Notes: generated by a model from the sequence alone, not told the origin. Positions 28,026 through 37,760 are shown, counted from the stretch's first letter. The stretch: DNA of 46,376 nucleotides from an uncultured Woeseiaceae bacterium (GCA_947259145.1 CAMYLB010000133.1:1-46376), one strand, 5' to 3'. Translations and numbers: made by a program.

Positions 28026-29368
28026 GTGATCTCGGCAGCACTTAGCTCAAGGACCTCGACGATTCGGTCGAGCCAATCGAGGTGTTCGGGCTTCATGAGT
28101 ACCGAGCGCAGACAAGTGATCGTTTCAGAATTCGCTTTTATGCTCGGGGCATAGCGCTGCACCAGTTGAACAGGTAGCTCGATCATCGCGAGATGCAGGT
28201 CGTGTTCGGCGGCCTTAGAAAACACGCGGCGGGCGCGCTCGCTTGCGCTGCGGCTGTCGGGCGCGTCGATCGCATACACGACGATATCGAGTTCAGGCTC
28301 CATCAATGGCACGAAGTACTTGCTGTCCCGCAGCCTTTTCCAAAAGTCGCGCGCGGCGTACAGGCAATCGTTGAGCATCGCGGCGAATTCACCTTCGCGC
28401 ACGAGCGGCAATAGCCGCTGTGTTGCCCAAAGGGCGACAGCCGAGGCGCCCGGTCGCGAGCACTCGAGACTGATCTCCCCGAGGTGGAGTTCCGCCGAAC
28501 TGAAATAGGTGAACGGCGAGCTGTGTTTGTAGAGTTGACCCACTGAGGGGTCCCTGAACAGGATGCAGCCACAGCCATAGGGCTGCAGCCCGTGTTTGTG
28601 CGGATCAATGACGATGGAGTCGACGGCGGCGAGGCTGTCGTAGACAGCACGAGTGTCGTCGTGCAGTTGCCCGGCGAGGCCGAAGTAGCCGCCGTAAGCT
28701 GCGTCGGCATGGATTCGAAAATCGTACTTTGACTGCAAAGCGACAAGGTCGGGGAGCGGGTCAACCGCGCCGAGGCCGGTATTCCCGATGGTCGCAACGA
28801 CCGTCCCGATATTACCTTCGCGCAATAGCAACTCCAGTTCAACAATGTCCATTCGTCCATCGCCGGTGACTGCAACTGGAGAGAACGGCAGGCCGAGAAC
28901 CTCGCTGATGCGACTGTGCGTGTAGTGCGATTGCTCCGACGCGACGATTCGTTTGCCCGGGTGCAACCGTCCCGCGACCCAAAGCGCTTCGAGATTGGCC
29001 ATCGTTCCGCCACCCGTCAGGTGACCAAGCGGCCCATCCCAGCCGAACATTCTTCCGAGTTCGATGACGCACTCTTTTTCCATGGCCGAGCTCGCCCGGC
29101 CGCCATCGAGCGCGTGGTTGTTCGGGTTCACCCAGAGCGACATCGCATAGGCAATACGTGCAACAGGATGGGGTGGTTTGAGCATCTGTCCGGCGTACTG
29201 CGGATGGTAGTAGGGGAAATTGTCGTGCATGCGCGTCGCGACTTCCTGCAGTACGTCTCCGACAGCTCCGGCATCGAATTCAGTGCTGAACTCGGGCAGG
29301 TCTGAATAGCCCTCGGCCAATTTGTCGAGAGCATTTCTCAGCAGGGTCAGTTCTGTCGTGTCTGTCAT
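28022..29368 (-). CDS. Group II pyridoxal phosphate-dependent amino-acid decarboxylase
   Basis: HLTGGGTMANLEAL, and IVIDPHKHGLQPYGCGCILF with the PLP lysine. 448 aa. The substrate cannot be inferred. Confidence 0.8.
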   Translation of the reverse strand: MTDTTELTLLRNALDKLAEGYSDLPEFSTEFDAGAVGDVLQEVATRMHDNFPYYHPQYAGQMLKPPHPVARIAYAMSLWVNPNNHALDGGRASSAMEKECVIELGRMFGWDGPLGHLTGGGTMANLEALWVAGRLHPGKRIVASEQSHYTHSRISEVLGLPFSPVAVTGDGRMDIVELELLLREGNIGTVVATIGNTGLGAVDPLPDLVALQSKYDFRIHADAAYGGYFGLAGQLHDDTRAVYDSLAAVDSIVIDPHKHGLQPYGCGCILFRDPSVGQLYKHSSPFTYFSSAELHLGEISLECSRPGASAVALWATQRLLPLVREGEFAAMLNDCLYAARDFWKRLRDSKYFVPLMEPELDIVVYAIDAPDSRSASERARRVFSKAAEHDLHLAMIELPVQLVQRYAPSIKANSETITCLRSVLMKPEHLDWLDRIVEVLELSAAEIT

Positions 29369-29416
29369 CCGTGGTTCCTGTTACCTTCGCCGCGCAGCAT
29401 ATCGTAAACTGCGCGT

Positions 29417-30712
29417 ATGGACCTTATCGCGATCGCCGTGCCGTTTTTTATGCTTGCGCTAGTCATCGAGCTGATCATCGATTGGAGAAAAGGCAGCGGG
29501 CTTTACCGCAGTAACGACGCTATCAATAGCCTGAGTGCCGGAATACTCAGCACCACAATTGGCTACTTCACCAAGTTCTTGCCGCTGATCGCCTGGGGAT
29601 TCGTGCTGCGCAATTTCGCACTCATCGATATGCAGCCGGAGTGGTTCGATCTCTCACCGAGCGGATTGCTGCTCTGGGTAACCGCGGCGCTCGCCTGGCT
29701 CTGGGTAACCGCGGCGCTCGCCTGGGATTTTTGCTACTACTGGTTCCATCGCTTCAGTCATGAGATATCAGTGCTCTGGGCTGCGCATGCGGTGCACCAT
29801 CAAAGCGAGGACTACAATCTTTCGACCGCGCTGCGGCAGACGAGTACCGGGTTCCTGTTCGGCTGGATCTTCTACACGCCGCTATTTCTGATTGGATTCC
29901 CGCTGGAAGTTCTCATCACGGTCAATGCCATTAACCTGATCTACCAGTTCTGGGTGCACACGCAAATGGTCCGGCGGCTGGGCGTTCTCGACCGGATCCT
30001 GGTGACGCCTTCGAATCATCGCGCACACCATGCTCAGAATGAGCGCTATATCGACAAGAATTACGGCGGCATGCTGATCCTCTGGGATCGCTTTTTCGGG
30101 ACCTTTGAAGATGAGGCTGAAGAAGAACCAGTTGTTTTCGGGGTACGCAAACCGTTGGCGAACCTGAATCCGTTTTGGGCCAACCTGCAGGTCTACGACT
30201 ACCTGCTGTTCGATGCCCGCAAGGCGTCCCGGTGGCGCGACAAGGTCGCGGTCTGGTTCCGCCGCACGGGCTGGCGGCCCGCGGACGTCGAGGAGCAGTA
30301 CCCCAGGCAAGCAACCGACATGTCCCGTTTTCAGAAGTTTGATCCACAAACAGCGCCGCAGCAGCGGTATTACGTCATCGCCCAGTTCACTATTGGCATC
30401 GCCGGCGCACTGATGATTGCAGAGTTGTATGTTCAGAAAGGCATGCAGGCCGTGCTGATCCCCTGCGTTCTGCTATGGCTCCAGCTCTTCACCCTGGGTT
30501 TGCTGAACGAGGGTCGTTCCTCGGCGCGTCGCCTTGAGTGGCTGCGTTTGCTGATCGCGGTCCCTGTACTGTTCTGGCTGTTGCAGGCCACGGGCGATGG
30601 ACTGCAGCTGCAAAACGTGGGATGGATCATTGTGGCCGTTTATACAATGGCATCCGCGGCCTGGTTGGCGCTGATCCCAAGGCCTGCTAGAGATCCGGTA
30701 AGTCAATTATAA
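29417..30712 (+). CDS. Fatty acid hydroxylase superfamily (sterol desaturase / alkylglycerol monooxygenase-like) membrane protein with extra C-terminal TM domain
   Basis: His boxes HRFSHE, HAVHHQSE and HRAHHAQNERYIDKNYGG. Contains a 9-residue tandem duplication, LWVTAALAW x2. Confidence 0.8.
   Translation: MDLIAIAVPFFMLALVIELIIDWRKGSGLYRSNDAINSLSAGILSTTIGYFTKFLPLIAWGFVLRNFALIDMQPEWFDLSPSGLLLWVTAALAWLWVTAALAWDFCYYWFHRFSHEISVLWAAHAVHHQSEDYNLSTALRQTSTGFLFGWIFYTPLFLIGFPLEVLITVNAINLIYQFWVHTQMVRRLGVLDRILVTPSNHRAHHAQNERYIDKNYGGMLILWDRFFGTFEDEAEEEPVVFGVRKPLANLNPFWANLQVYDYLLFDARKASRWRDKVAVWFRRTGWRPADVEEQYPRQATDMSRFQKFDPQTAPQQRYYVIAQFTIGIAGALMIAELYVQKGMQAVLIPCVLLWLQLFTLGLLNEGRSSARRLEWLRLLIAVPVLFWLLQATGDGLQLQNVGWIIVAVYTMASAAWLALIPRPARDPVSQL
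29672..29725 (+). repeat. Perfect 27-bp tandem duplication inside the hydroxylase gene
   Basis: CTCTGGGTAACCGCGGCGCTCGCCTGG occurs twice head-to-tail (29672-29698 and 29699-29725), in frame. Confidence 0.95.
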
Positions 30713-30767
30713 TCATAGAGCTACGACTGCAATCTCAAGTAAATTATTGGTTGCAGGGAGAACGTTG

Positions 30768-31163
30768 ATGGGCACCAGGAAGAACATTCACTCAGGCGCT
30801 CCGTGGGAGTTCAAAGCGGGCTATTGCCGCGCCGTTCGCGTTGGACCGCACATCATGGTCTCGGGAACTGCAGCCGTTGGCAAAGATGGCGAAGTCGTTG
30901 GTGCCGGCGATGTTTACGCCCAGGCCAAACGGTGCATTGAGATCATTGCCGGTGCGCTTGAGGAAGCCGGGGCGGGCCTCGAAGACGTCGTTCGCACCCG
31001 CATGTTCGTCACGGATATCAAGCAGTGGTCTGAGGTGGCCCGGGCGCACCAGGAAGCTTTTGGCAAGGTGACACCAGCGACGACCATGGTCGAAGTCTCA
31101 AAGCTCATTGATCCCGCAATGCTCGTCGAAATCGAAGCGGATGCGTTGCTCGAGGATGACTAA
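30768..31163 (+). CDS. RidA/YjgF/Rid-family protein
   Basis: ATG at 30768 with a GGGAG RBS. VSGTAAV...GDVYAQAKRCIEIIAGALEEAGAGLEDVVRTRMFVTDI... is typical of the YjgF/chorismate-mutase-like fold. Confidence 0.8.
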   Translation: MGTRKNIHSGAPWEFKAGYCRAVRVGPHIMVSGTAAVGKDGEVVGAGDVYAQAKRCIEIIAGALEEAGAGLEDVVRTRMFVTDIKQWSEVARAHQEAFGKVTPATTMVEVSKLIDPAMLVEIEADALLEDD

Positions 31164-31779
31164 GATCCTGCTGCGACCGTCTGCCATAGCGCTGATCCTT
31201 GCGAACCTGGTGCCGTTGGCGGGTGTGCTGCTGTTCGATTGGCGGGTATTCGATATCTTGATGCTCTATTGGGCAGAGAATGTCGTTATTGGTGCCATCA
31301 ATGTACTGCGCATGAGTTTGTGCAGAGCCGCTATCAAGTGGTTTCTGATGCCGTTCTTCGTCGTGCATTACGGCATGTTTTGCTTCGGGCATTTGGCCGC
31401 AGTGACCGCCCTGTTCAGTGACTCCATGGGCACCGCAACGGCGTGGCAGTACTTTTTTGGAATGCCGTTTGCTGACGCCTGGAAATCGCCTCTCTGGATA
31501 GGTATCGCTGCGATTGCGGCGAGCCACTTATTTTCATTCTTCGCAAACTTCATCGCAGACGGAGAGTATCGCCGGACGAACGTCAACGACCTCATGCAAA
31601 GACCTTATGGACGAATCGTCGTATTACACGTGGCGATCATCCTCGGGGCTGCCCTGATCCAGTGGCTGGGCAGCCCCGTCTTGATGCTGCTCGTGCTGAT
31701 CGCCGCGAAGATCGTCTTGGATCTGCGGCTGCACCTGGCTGAGCGTGAAAAGTTTGCGGACGAAGCTGTGACGCGCTGA
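31156..31779 (+). CDS. Polytopic membrane protein (DUF6498-like)
   Basis: MTKILLRPSAIALILANLVPLAGVLLFDW...LYWAENVVIG... with about six hydrophobic segments. It overlaps the RidA stop by 8 nt. The family name is from memory only. Confidence 0.6.
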   Translation: MTKILLRPSAIALILANLVPLAGVLLFDWRVFDILMLYWAENVVIGAINVLRMSLCRAAIKWFLMPFFVVHYGMFCFGHLAAVTALFSDSMGTATAWQYFFGMPFADAWKSPLWIGIAAIAASHLFSFFANFIADGEYRRTNVNDLMQRPYGRIVVLHVAIILGAALIQWLGSPVLMLLVLIAAKIVLDLRLHLAEREKFADEAVTR

Positions 31780-31782
31780 CTG

Positions 31783-32271
31783 TTACTCCGCGCCGGTGCC
31801 GGTCTCATCCCTGGGTCGCCGGCGATCCTGCTTGCCATGATGCTTGCCTTCGCGCCGGTTCTCGCGGGCTTCGGCACGCTCTTCCTCCGACATCGATTCC
31901 CATTGCGCGCGCCGCTGGGCTTTTTTCTCCGCGTGTGCTGCACGCTTGATTGCCCGTTCTTCCTCAGACATCGATTCGCATTGTTCCCGCCGCTGGGCAT
32001 GTCTTTCCTTGCGTTTCTTGCCGGCGTCTTCAGGCCGGTTTGCGGCCATGCGCTCGCGTAAGGCCATGCGATCCTCGTCCGACAGTGCTTCTCGATCACT
32101 GCGCCATTTTTCGCGCATTGCGGCGCGTTCGTCGGGTGACATGCTCTCCATGTAGGTGCGGCGGTCTTCCGGACTGAGGTCTGCCATATCGGATGCCGAC
32201 TGTGTATAGCCCGGTACAGGCAGGAATAGCGCCAGCCCGGAAGCCAGCAGGAGCAAGCGAAGTTCTTGCAT
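31783..32271 (-). CDS. Secreted charged repeat protein (S-P/E-E-E/D-R repeats; DUF3106-like?)
   Basis: Signal peptide MQELRLLLLASGLALFLPVPGYTQS, then repeated LSPEDR / MSPDERAAMREKW / LSDEDRMALRERM / ESMSEEERA units. The DNA repeats are visible at 31870-31990. Confidence 0.6.
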   Translation of the reverse strand: MQELRLLLLASGLALFLPVPGYTQSASDMADLSPEDRRTYMESMSPDERAAMREKWRSDREALSDEDRMALRERMAANRPEDAGKKRKERHAQRREQCESMSEEERAIKRAAHAEKKAQRRAQWESMSEEERAEARENRREGKHHGKQDRRRPRDETGTGAE

Positions 32272-32348
32272 CTGGTATTCTCCTCAGTTGAGACGATTCC
32301 GCCTTGCAGCGGCTCATTGTTTGACGCATGGATGTGTACTGGGTTGAC

Positions 32349-32883
32349 ATGAATATTCCGAGAACATTCAAATTTGGTTACTCGCTTTTGATCGCAGGCC
32401 TGGTTCTCGCGGCGTGCGCATCGCGACCTGAACTCATGGCCAGAAGTGCTGTTGTACCGCCCGGCGCAGACTTGTCCGGCCTCTGGCAGCTTCGCGAGGA
32501 ACCCGGCTCGAAACCCATTCCAGGAGCGAACCCCGAACCTGGATTTCGGATACCGCCGACAAATACAAGCCGGAACACAGGCGCACGGCGGTCGAAACGC
32601 TCGTCGGGTACAGCGGCAACGATGTTTCTCGAAACAGGTGCATCACTGAAAATCTCGCAAACTCCCGACGGTTTGTTCATCAGTTTCGACCGGGCCATCG
32701 TCGAGGAGTACCGGTTTGGGGAAAACCGTATCGTCTCCGTGGGCCCGATCGAGGCGCAGCGGGTATCGGGATGGAAGGAGATGGTTTTTGTCGTCGAGAC
32801 GCTCGATGACCAGGGAGAAATATATTGGTATCCCGCGGTGATGACGAACGGTCTTCGTCGCGGCAGCGCTTCGACCGCATCTA
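32349..32883 (+). CDS. Lipoprotein of unknown function, probable frameshift near 32812-32825
   Basis: Lipobox LVLAAC. As written, the ORF runs 70 nt into the convergent gene. A shift after ...ETLDDQG gives ...NILVSRGDDERSSSRQRFDRI* ending at 32883, abutting the neighbour. The total of 535 nt is not a multiple of 3. Confidence 0.5.
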
Positions 32884-33621
32884 GTGTCCTGGTGTGTAGC
32901 TGCGCAACGTCGCCCGCACGCGCAGTTTGCCCTTACGATGCTGTTCGATAACAACCGGCAGGTAGCCTAGTTCCTCAGCGCACCAAAGCGTCGTTACCCT
33001 GGAGGAGGTCTCCGTCTGATGCTGGATGCCAATTGCCGTGAACTTACCAGCCGGAACGTCGATCTGTCGCGTGCCGATCGAGCGCACATTCAGGGTTTTG
33101 AGCTTATCGGCTTCGAACAACTCGTACTGTGTTTTGAGCTGATCGTTAAGCAGGTCATGCATAAGTGCATATTGAATAGACACCCGATCCTGCCTGATTC
33201 GATCCAGGTCCGCGTGAAACTCTTCATCATTGACCGTGCCGCTTGCCTTAAACGTATTCCAGTCAAACTGAATGTCGGCGCGCGGGTCGCCTTTGGCGAG
33301 CGTGTCGTTGGTCTGGTAGGAAATCGGATAAACGCCATCATCGCCGGCGGCGAACTCGGAAACTTCGACGATTTCGCCGTGAGCAACAATTCTTGACATG
33401 CCCGTTGGCTCAACGAAGTGCCTGGCGACGTAGCCGGAATCGGTGGCTTTAAGCGTCGTACCGAGTCGGCCACCGACAACACTTATCTTGATTCTGTACT
33501 CGGCCGTGTGCGGCGTCAGCGTTCCGCTCGCCTGCGCAGCGCCCGCAAACAAGCTGGCCGCCAACAGGAGCGTTGTCAGCCAATGCAGACTTCGGGTAGT
33601 TCGGCGGTAGTGCCCGTTCAT
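32881..33621 (-). CDS. Secreted DUF3108-like protein
   Basis: Signal peptide (LLLAASLFAGAAQASG) and a beta-rich sequence ending in ...LPVVIEQHRKGKLRVRATLRSY, typical by memory of DUF3108. It overlaps the upstream gene by 4 nt. Confidence 0.6.
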   Translation of the reverse strand: MNGHYRRTTRSLHWLTTLLLAASLFAGAAQASGTLTPHTAEYRIKISVVGGRLGTTLKATDSGYVARHFVEPTGMSRIVAHGEIVEVSEFAAGDDGVYPISYQTNDTLAKGDPRADIQFDWNTFKASGTVNDEEFHADLDRIRQDRVSIQYALMHDLLNDQLKTQYELFEADKLKTLNVRSIGTRQIDVPAGKFTAIGIQHQTETSSRVTTLWCAEELGYLPVVIEQHRKGKLRVRATLRSYTPGH

Positions 33622-34301
33622 GCACGCACCTCTTTAAGGACCTGCTCTGATTCTCGCATAAGTGACATGACTGCTTCCTGAACGGCCAGACGGTGCGACT
33701 CCAGCTGGTCAAGCGGCGCATCGGCCGGTATCGGGTAGGGCTGCCCAATGGCCAGTACAAGGCGTGAAAAGGGCTTGGGCACCATGAAATCGTCCCAGCG
33801 ATTCAAGTACCAGGCGTGCTCCGCTGCGCAAGCGATCGGAATAATGGGCACCCCCGCAATGCGAGCCATGAGGACGGCGCCGGCCTTGAACTCGTATTTG
33901 GGACCACGAGGACCATCGGCAGTCGTAACGATGGAATACCCGTTCTTCATCATGCGCTGCATGTCACGCAGTGCCAGAGCGCCACTTTCATTGGCCGAAC
34001 CGCGAATAACTTCCGCGCCCCATGCACGGGCAATACGTTCCGGCACTTCGCCGTCGACCGACCCCGAAACCAGGAAGCAGGCCTTGAATCCCCGCTGTAC
34101 CCACGAGCGAATCAGCATCGAGCCGACGACCTGGTGCTGGTGCCAGTAGCAGGGCGCACACACGGTGCCGTCCTTGATGAAGGGCTCAATGCGCTCGGCA
34201 CTGATGACTGCCTCGACCCGGTAGGTCGATGTCAGCAGTCGTATCAACGCCTGTAGCACGGGCAAGCCCAGGAAGTAATAGATTCGACGCGCCGGTGTCA
34301 T
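33618..34301 (-). CDS. Lysophospholipid acyltransferase family protein (DUF374-type)
   Basis: From Met at 34301: LLTSTYRV..., CYWHQHQ, VSGSVDGE..., and ITTADGPRGPKYEFKAGAVLMA, the characteristic DUF374 core. 227 aa. Confidence 0.75.
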   Translation of the reverse strand: MTPARRIYYFLGLPVLQALIRLLTSTYRVEAVISAERIEPFIKDGTVCAPCYWHQHQVVGSMLIRSWVQRGFKACFLVSGSVDGEVPERIARAWGAEVIRGSANESGALALRDMQRMMKNGYSIVTTADGPRGPKYEFKAGAVLMARIAGVPIIPIACAAEHAWYLNRWDDFMVPKPFSRLVLAIGQPYPIPADAPLDQLESHRLAVQEAVMSLMRESEQVLKEVRA

Positions 34302-34477
34302 GCGACGTTGCGAAGCTTTGCTGCGACGTGACTCGACCGAGTCGGAGGTTTTGGGGCGCTGGTTGCTCAAAATGGGACCCGGCGGAAGAAGTGCATGAGT
34401 TTGCAGTATCGGTTCGACGCCGGTCAATGTAATATTGCGCCTGCATTTCCTGAGTCCCACCGAACCCCCATCTGCAG

Positions 34478-35785
34478 ATGACAGAAGCCCAGCTCGCATA
34501 CAGGCAGCCGCCCGGTCCTGACCAAGCCATTACGCTCGGCATTGACCAAGAGACGCTCGCGACGCTCGAGGCCCTGCAGCGCGAGTTCGGCGACATGGTC
34601 AGCATGATCAAGCCGAACGGACGCCTCGCGTACTTCGTCAACGATTCCCACGAGGTGCGCCGCATCCTGGTGCGCCGGCACAGCAAGTACCACAAGGGCC
34701 CCGGATTCGAACGCGTCAAGATGCTGCTCGGCAACGGCCTTATTGTCAGCGACGGAGATGTGTGGAGGCGCTCGCGCACAATGATCCAGCCAGCATTCAG
34801 CCGACAGAATGTTCATCGCCTCATAACCGTCATGGTCGAATGCTGCGACCGCCGTGCCGTCCATTGGGCCGACCTTGTTGCGCGCGGCGAGAACGTCAAT
34901 ATTACCGAAGAGACGTCAGATTTTGCCCTGGAGCTTATCCTGATCAGCATCTTCGGCAGCGATTACCAGGACCGTATTCTGACCCAGGGTGAAAATCCGT
35001 TCGCATTTCTCAGCCGGGACTCGACTCGAGACCTGGGTGTCGTTTTGAAGATTCGAAAGCTGCGCGAGCTGTTGATGAGTATTATCGACGAAAGACGCAG
35101 CGGCGGCGGCGGGGATCACTTCGACTTCCTCTCTATGTACCTTACTGCCGTTGACAAGAAGGGCCAGCCGTTCACAGACGCCGAGTTGCTTGACGAACTC
35201 ATGACATTGATTGTGGCCGGCTTTGAAACATCGGCCAACACGCTGAACTGGGTCTGGTACCTGATCGCGAAAAATCCCGACATCGAGGAAAGACTGGTTG
35301 CAGAAGCGCGGCACGCATTGCCCGGCGTTTCTGCCGTGAACGCCGACTCCGTGAACTCGATGCAGTACACTCAACAAACCTTAGAAGAAGCACTCAGATT
35401 GTATCCGCCGGTCTGGCTGTTTACGCGACGCGCGCACGACGAAGACGAACTCGATGACTACGATGTTCCACCGGGAACCGACATCTACCTGTCCCCGTTC
35501 ATCCTGCACCGGACCGAACGATACTGGCCTGACCCGAACACCTTCGACCCGGAGCGATTCGCCCCGACCGACAAACCGAGCAAGGACCGACCGTACTTTC
35601 CGTTCTCGCTGGGCCCCCGACGCTGTCTCGGCGAGTATTTTTCTTTTCTGGAAATGAAGGTGCATCTGGGCCTGTTGCTGCCACGTTTTCGCATGCGTCT
35701 GCTGGATGACAAAGAACCCGAACTCGAATTGGGTATCAATCTTCGTTCAGCGACTGATATCTACCTGCAGCCCGAGGAGCGGTAA
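34478..35785 (+). CDS. Cytochrome P450 (CYP4/CYP102-like heme loop; probable fatty-acyl substrate)
   Basis: I-helix AGFETS, ExxR in EEALRLYPP, PERF-like DPERF, heme loop FPFSLGPRRCLGEYF. Confidence 0.9.
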   Translation: MTEAQLAYRQPPGPDQAITLGIDQETLATLEALQREFGDMVSMIKPNGRLAYFVNDSHEVRRILVRRHSKYHKGPGFERVKMLLGNGLIVSDGDVWRRSRTMIQPAFSRQNVHRLITVMVECCDRRAVHWADLVARGENVNITEETSDFALELILISIFGSDYQDRILTQGENPFAFLSRDSTRDLGVVLKIRKLRELLMSIIDERRSGGGGDHFDFLSMYLTAVDKKGQPFTDAELLDELMTLIVAGFETSANTLNWVWYLIAKNPDIEERLVAEARHALPGVSAVNADSVNSMQYTQQTLEEALRLYPPVWLFTRRAHDEDELDDYDVPPGTDIYLSPFILHRTERYWPDPNTFDPERFAPTDKPSKDRPYFPFSLGPRRCLGEYFSFLEMKVHLGLLLPRFRMRLLDDKEPELELGINLRSATDIYLQPEER

Positions 35786-35792
35786 GCCACAC

Positions 35793-37760
35793 ATGGAGCT
35801 TTACAACACACTGACCGACCTGCTGCAGGACGCACGCGGCAAGGACGGCGAAATTCGATTTATCGACGGCGAGAATGATGAAAGTGTCATTCGCTTTCCC
35901 GACCTGTGGGATCGGGCGATCGCGCTGCTTGGCTCCTTGCAGGCCCGTGGTATGCGGCCGGGTGATGAGCTGATCATTTTCAGCAAGTCGAATGAGAGTT
36001 TCGTCGTGGCATTCTGGGCCGCCGTGCTCGGCGGTATCGTGCCGGTGCCGGTCGCAGTTGGTATCAGTGATGAGCATCGGCTCAAGTTGTTTCGCATCGT
36101 GTCACAGCTCCGAAAGGGAACGCTGTTTACAGAAATGGGGCTGCTGGAACGCTTGCTCGAATTTTCGAAGCAACGGGAGCTGGATGACATCACGCACTTG
36201 CTGGAAACCCGCACCGTGCTGATGAGCGACGTAGAACCGGAATCGCATGGCGAGGTATTCACAGCAACGCCCGACGACATCGCATTCATACAGTATTCCT
36301 CGGGTTCGACGAGTGATCCGAAAGGCATCGTACTTACGCATAAAAACCTGTGCATCAACATCCGCGCAATTGTCGAGGCAACTGGCTGGAACAAGGACGA
36401 CCAGAGCCTGAGCTGGATGCCGCTGACCCACGATATGGGGCTGATCGGTTATCACTTGAGCGTGCTCGGCGTTGGCATGAATCATGCCGTCATGGATACC
36501 AACGTATTCGTCAGGCGGCCGCTGTTATGGATGAGCAAAGCCGATGAACTTCGCGCGACGCAGCTGTGCTCGCCTAATTTCGGCTACAAGCACTTCCTCA
36601 AACTGTTCGCGCGCAAGGGCCTCCCGGACATGGATCTCTCATGCGTCAAGTTGATCCTGAACGGCGCAGAACCGATTTCATGGGAGCTCTGCGAGGAGTT
36701 CCTGGCGGCGCTTGCACCGCACGGTCTGAAGCGCACGGCGATGTATCCCGTGTACGGGCTGGCCGAGGCAACCGTTGGCGTGTCATTGCCGAAACCCGGC
36801 AGCGAATATTCGCGCATCACGGTAGACAGGCACAGTTTGCGGGTCGGAGACGGGTACCGGGCCGTGGACCCCGGCGATTCGGATGCTGTGAGCTTTGTCA
36901 AAGTCGGCACTGCCATTCGCGATGTTGAAATTCGTATTGCCGACGACCAGGACAAGGCTTTGCCCGAAGGCATGATCGGAAATATTCAGCTGCTGGGTGG
37001 CAGTGTGACCGAAAAAGTGTACGGCGACGAAGCGGCGACAGCCGAGCTGTTCACGACAGACGGCTGGCTGCGCACCGGGGATTGCGGCGTGTTCGTTGAC
37101 CAACAACTGGTGATCACGGGCCGTCAGAAAGACATCATCATCGTCAATGGTCAGAACTACTATCCGCACGACATCGAAGAGATCATCGCGGGGCTCGAGG
37201 GCATGGATCTCAACAAGGTCGTGGTTGCAGGCGCGACGCCCAAGGGCGGACAGACCGAGGAACTGATCGCATTCATTCTCTACCGGCAGGCAGTGGAAGA
37301 TTTTGTGCCAGTGATCCACCAGGTACGAGCGCTGGTCGGCGAGCAAACGGGCCTCGAAGTCGATACGGTAATCCCGGTTTCACGTATTCCAAAAACAACC
37401 AGCGGCAAAGTGCAGCGCGGCAAACTTCTGGAATCCTACCTGGACGGCGAATTCGATGAGGTTCTCAGCCAGCTGGCGCCCGATGACGCGGGTGATGCCG
37501 CAATCGACGACGACGAACTTGTCGCCGAACTAATTACGATTTGCCGCGAGTTTTCGAAAGATCGTAAGATCGGGCCGGAAGACAACCTGTTTGAAGTCGG
37601 CGTGAGTTCGCTGACCTTGACCGAGATCGTACTGGCGGTTGACGAGAAATACCCGGGCAAACTGGATATCAGCGATTTGTTCGATTATCCGACGTTGCGA
37701 GAGATCGCGGCGTTCCTAAGAAGGAATACCACACGAGAAGACACTGGATACCTCCGATGA
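35793..37760 (+). CDS. Fatty acyl-AMP ligase-type adenylation domain fused to an acyl carrier (PP-binding) domain
   Basis: IQYSSGSTSDPKGIVLTHKNL, YGLAEAT, GWLRTGDCG and TTSGKVQRGKL, then the carrier motif FEVGVSSLTLTEIV. ATG is 7 nt after the P450 stop. The C-terminal end may be affected by the junction at about 37720-37745. Confidence 0.85.
   Translation: MELYNTLTDLLQDARGKDGEIRFIDGENDESVIRFPDLWDRAIALLGSLQARGMRPGDELIIFSKSNESFVVAFWAAVLGGIVPVPVAVGISDEHRLKLFRIVSQLRKGTLFTEMGLLERLLEFSKQRELDDITHLLETRTVLMSDVEPESHGEVFTATPDDIAFIQYSSGSTSDPKGIVLTHKNLCINIRAIVEATGWNKDDQSLSWMPLTHDMGLIGYHLSVLGVGMNHAVMDTNVFVRRPLLWMSKADELRATQLCSPNFGYKHFLKLFARKGLPDMDLSCVKLILNGAEPISWELCEEFLAALAPHGLKRTAMYPVYGLAEATVGVSLPKPGSEYSRITVDRHSLRVGDGYRAVDPGDSDAVSFVKVGTAIRDVEIRIADDQDKALPEGMIGNIQLLGGSVTEKVYGDEAATAELFTTDGWLRTGDCGVFVDQQLVITGRQKDIIIVNGQNYYPHDIEEIIAGLEGMDLNKVVVAGATPKGGQTEELIAFILYRQAVEDFVPVIHQVRALVGEQTGLEVDTVIPVSRIPKTTSGKVQRGKLLESYLDGEFDEVLSQLAPDDAGDAAIDDDELVAELITICREFSKDRKIGPEDNLFEVGVSSLTLTEIVLAVDEKYPGKLDISDLFDYPTLREIAAFLRRNTTREDTGYLR

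Noticed and set aside
29672-29725. The 27-bp repeat as a possible CRISPR or minisatellite
   Set aside because: There are only two copies, directly adjacent with no spacer, inside a coding region. No cas genes or other arrays occur anywhere in the window.
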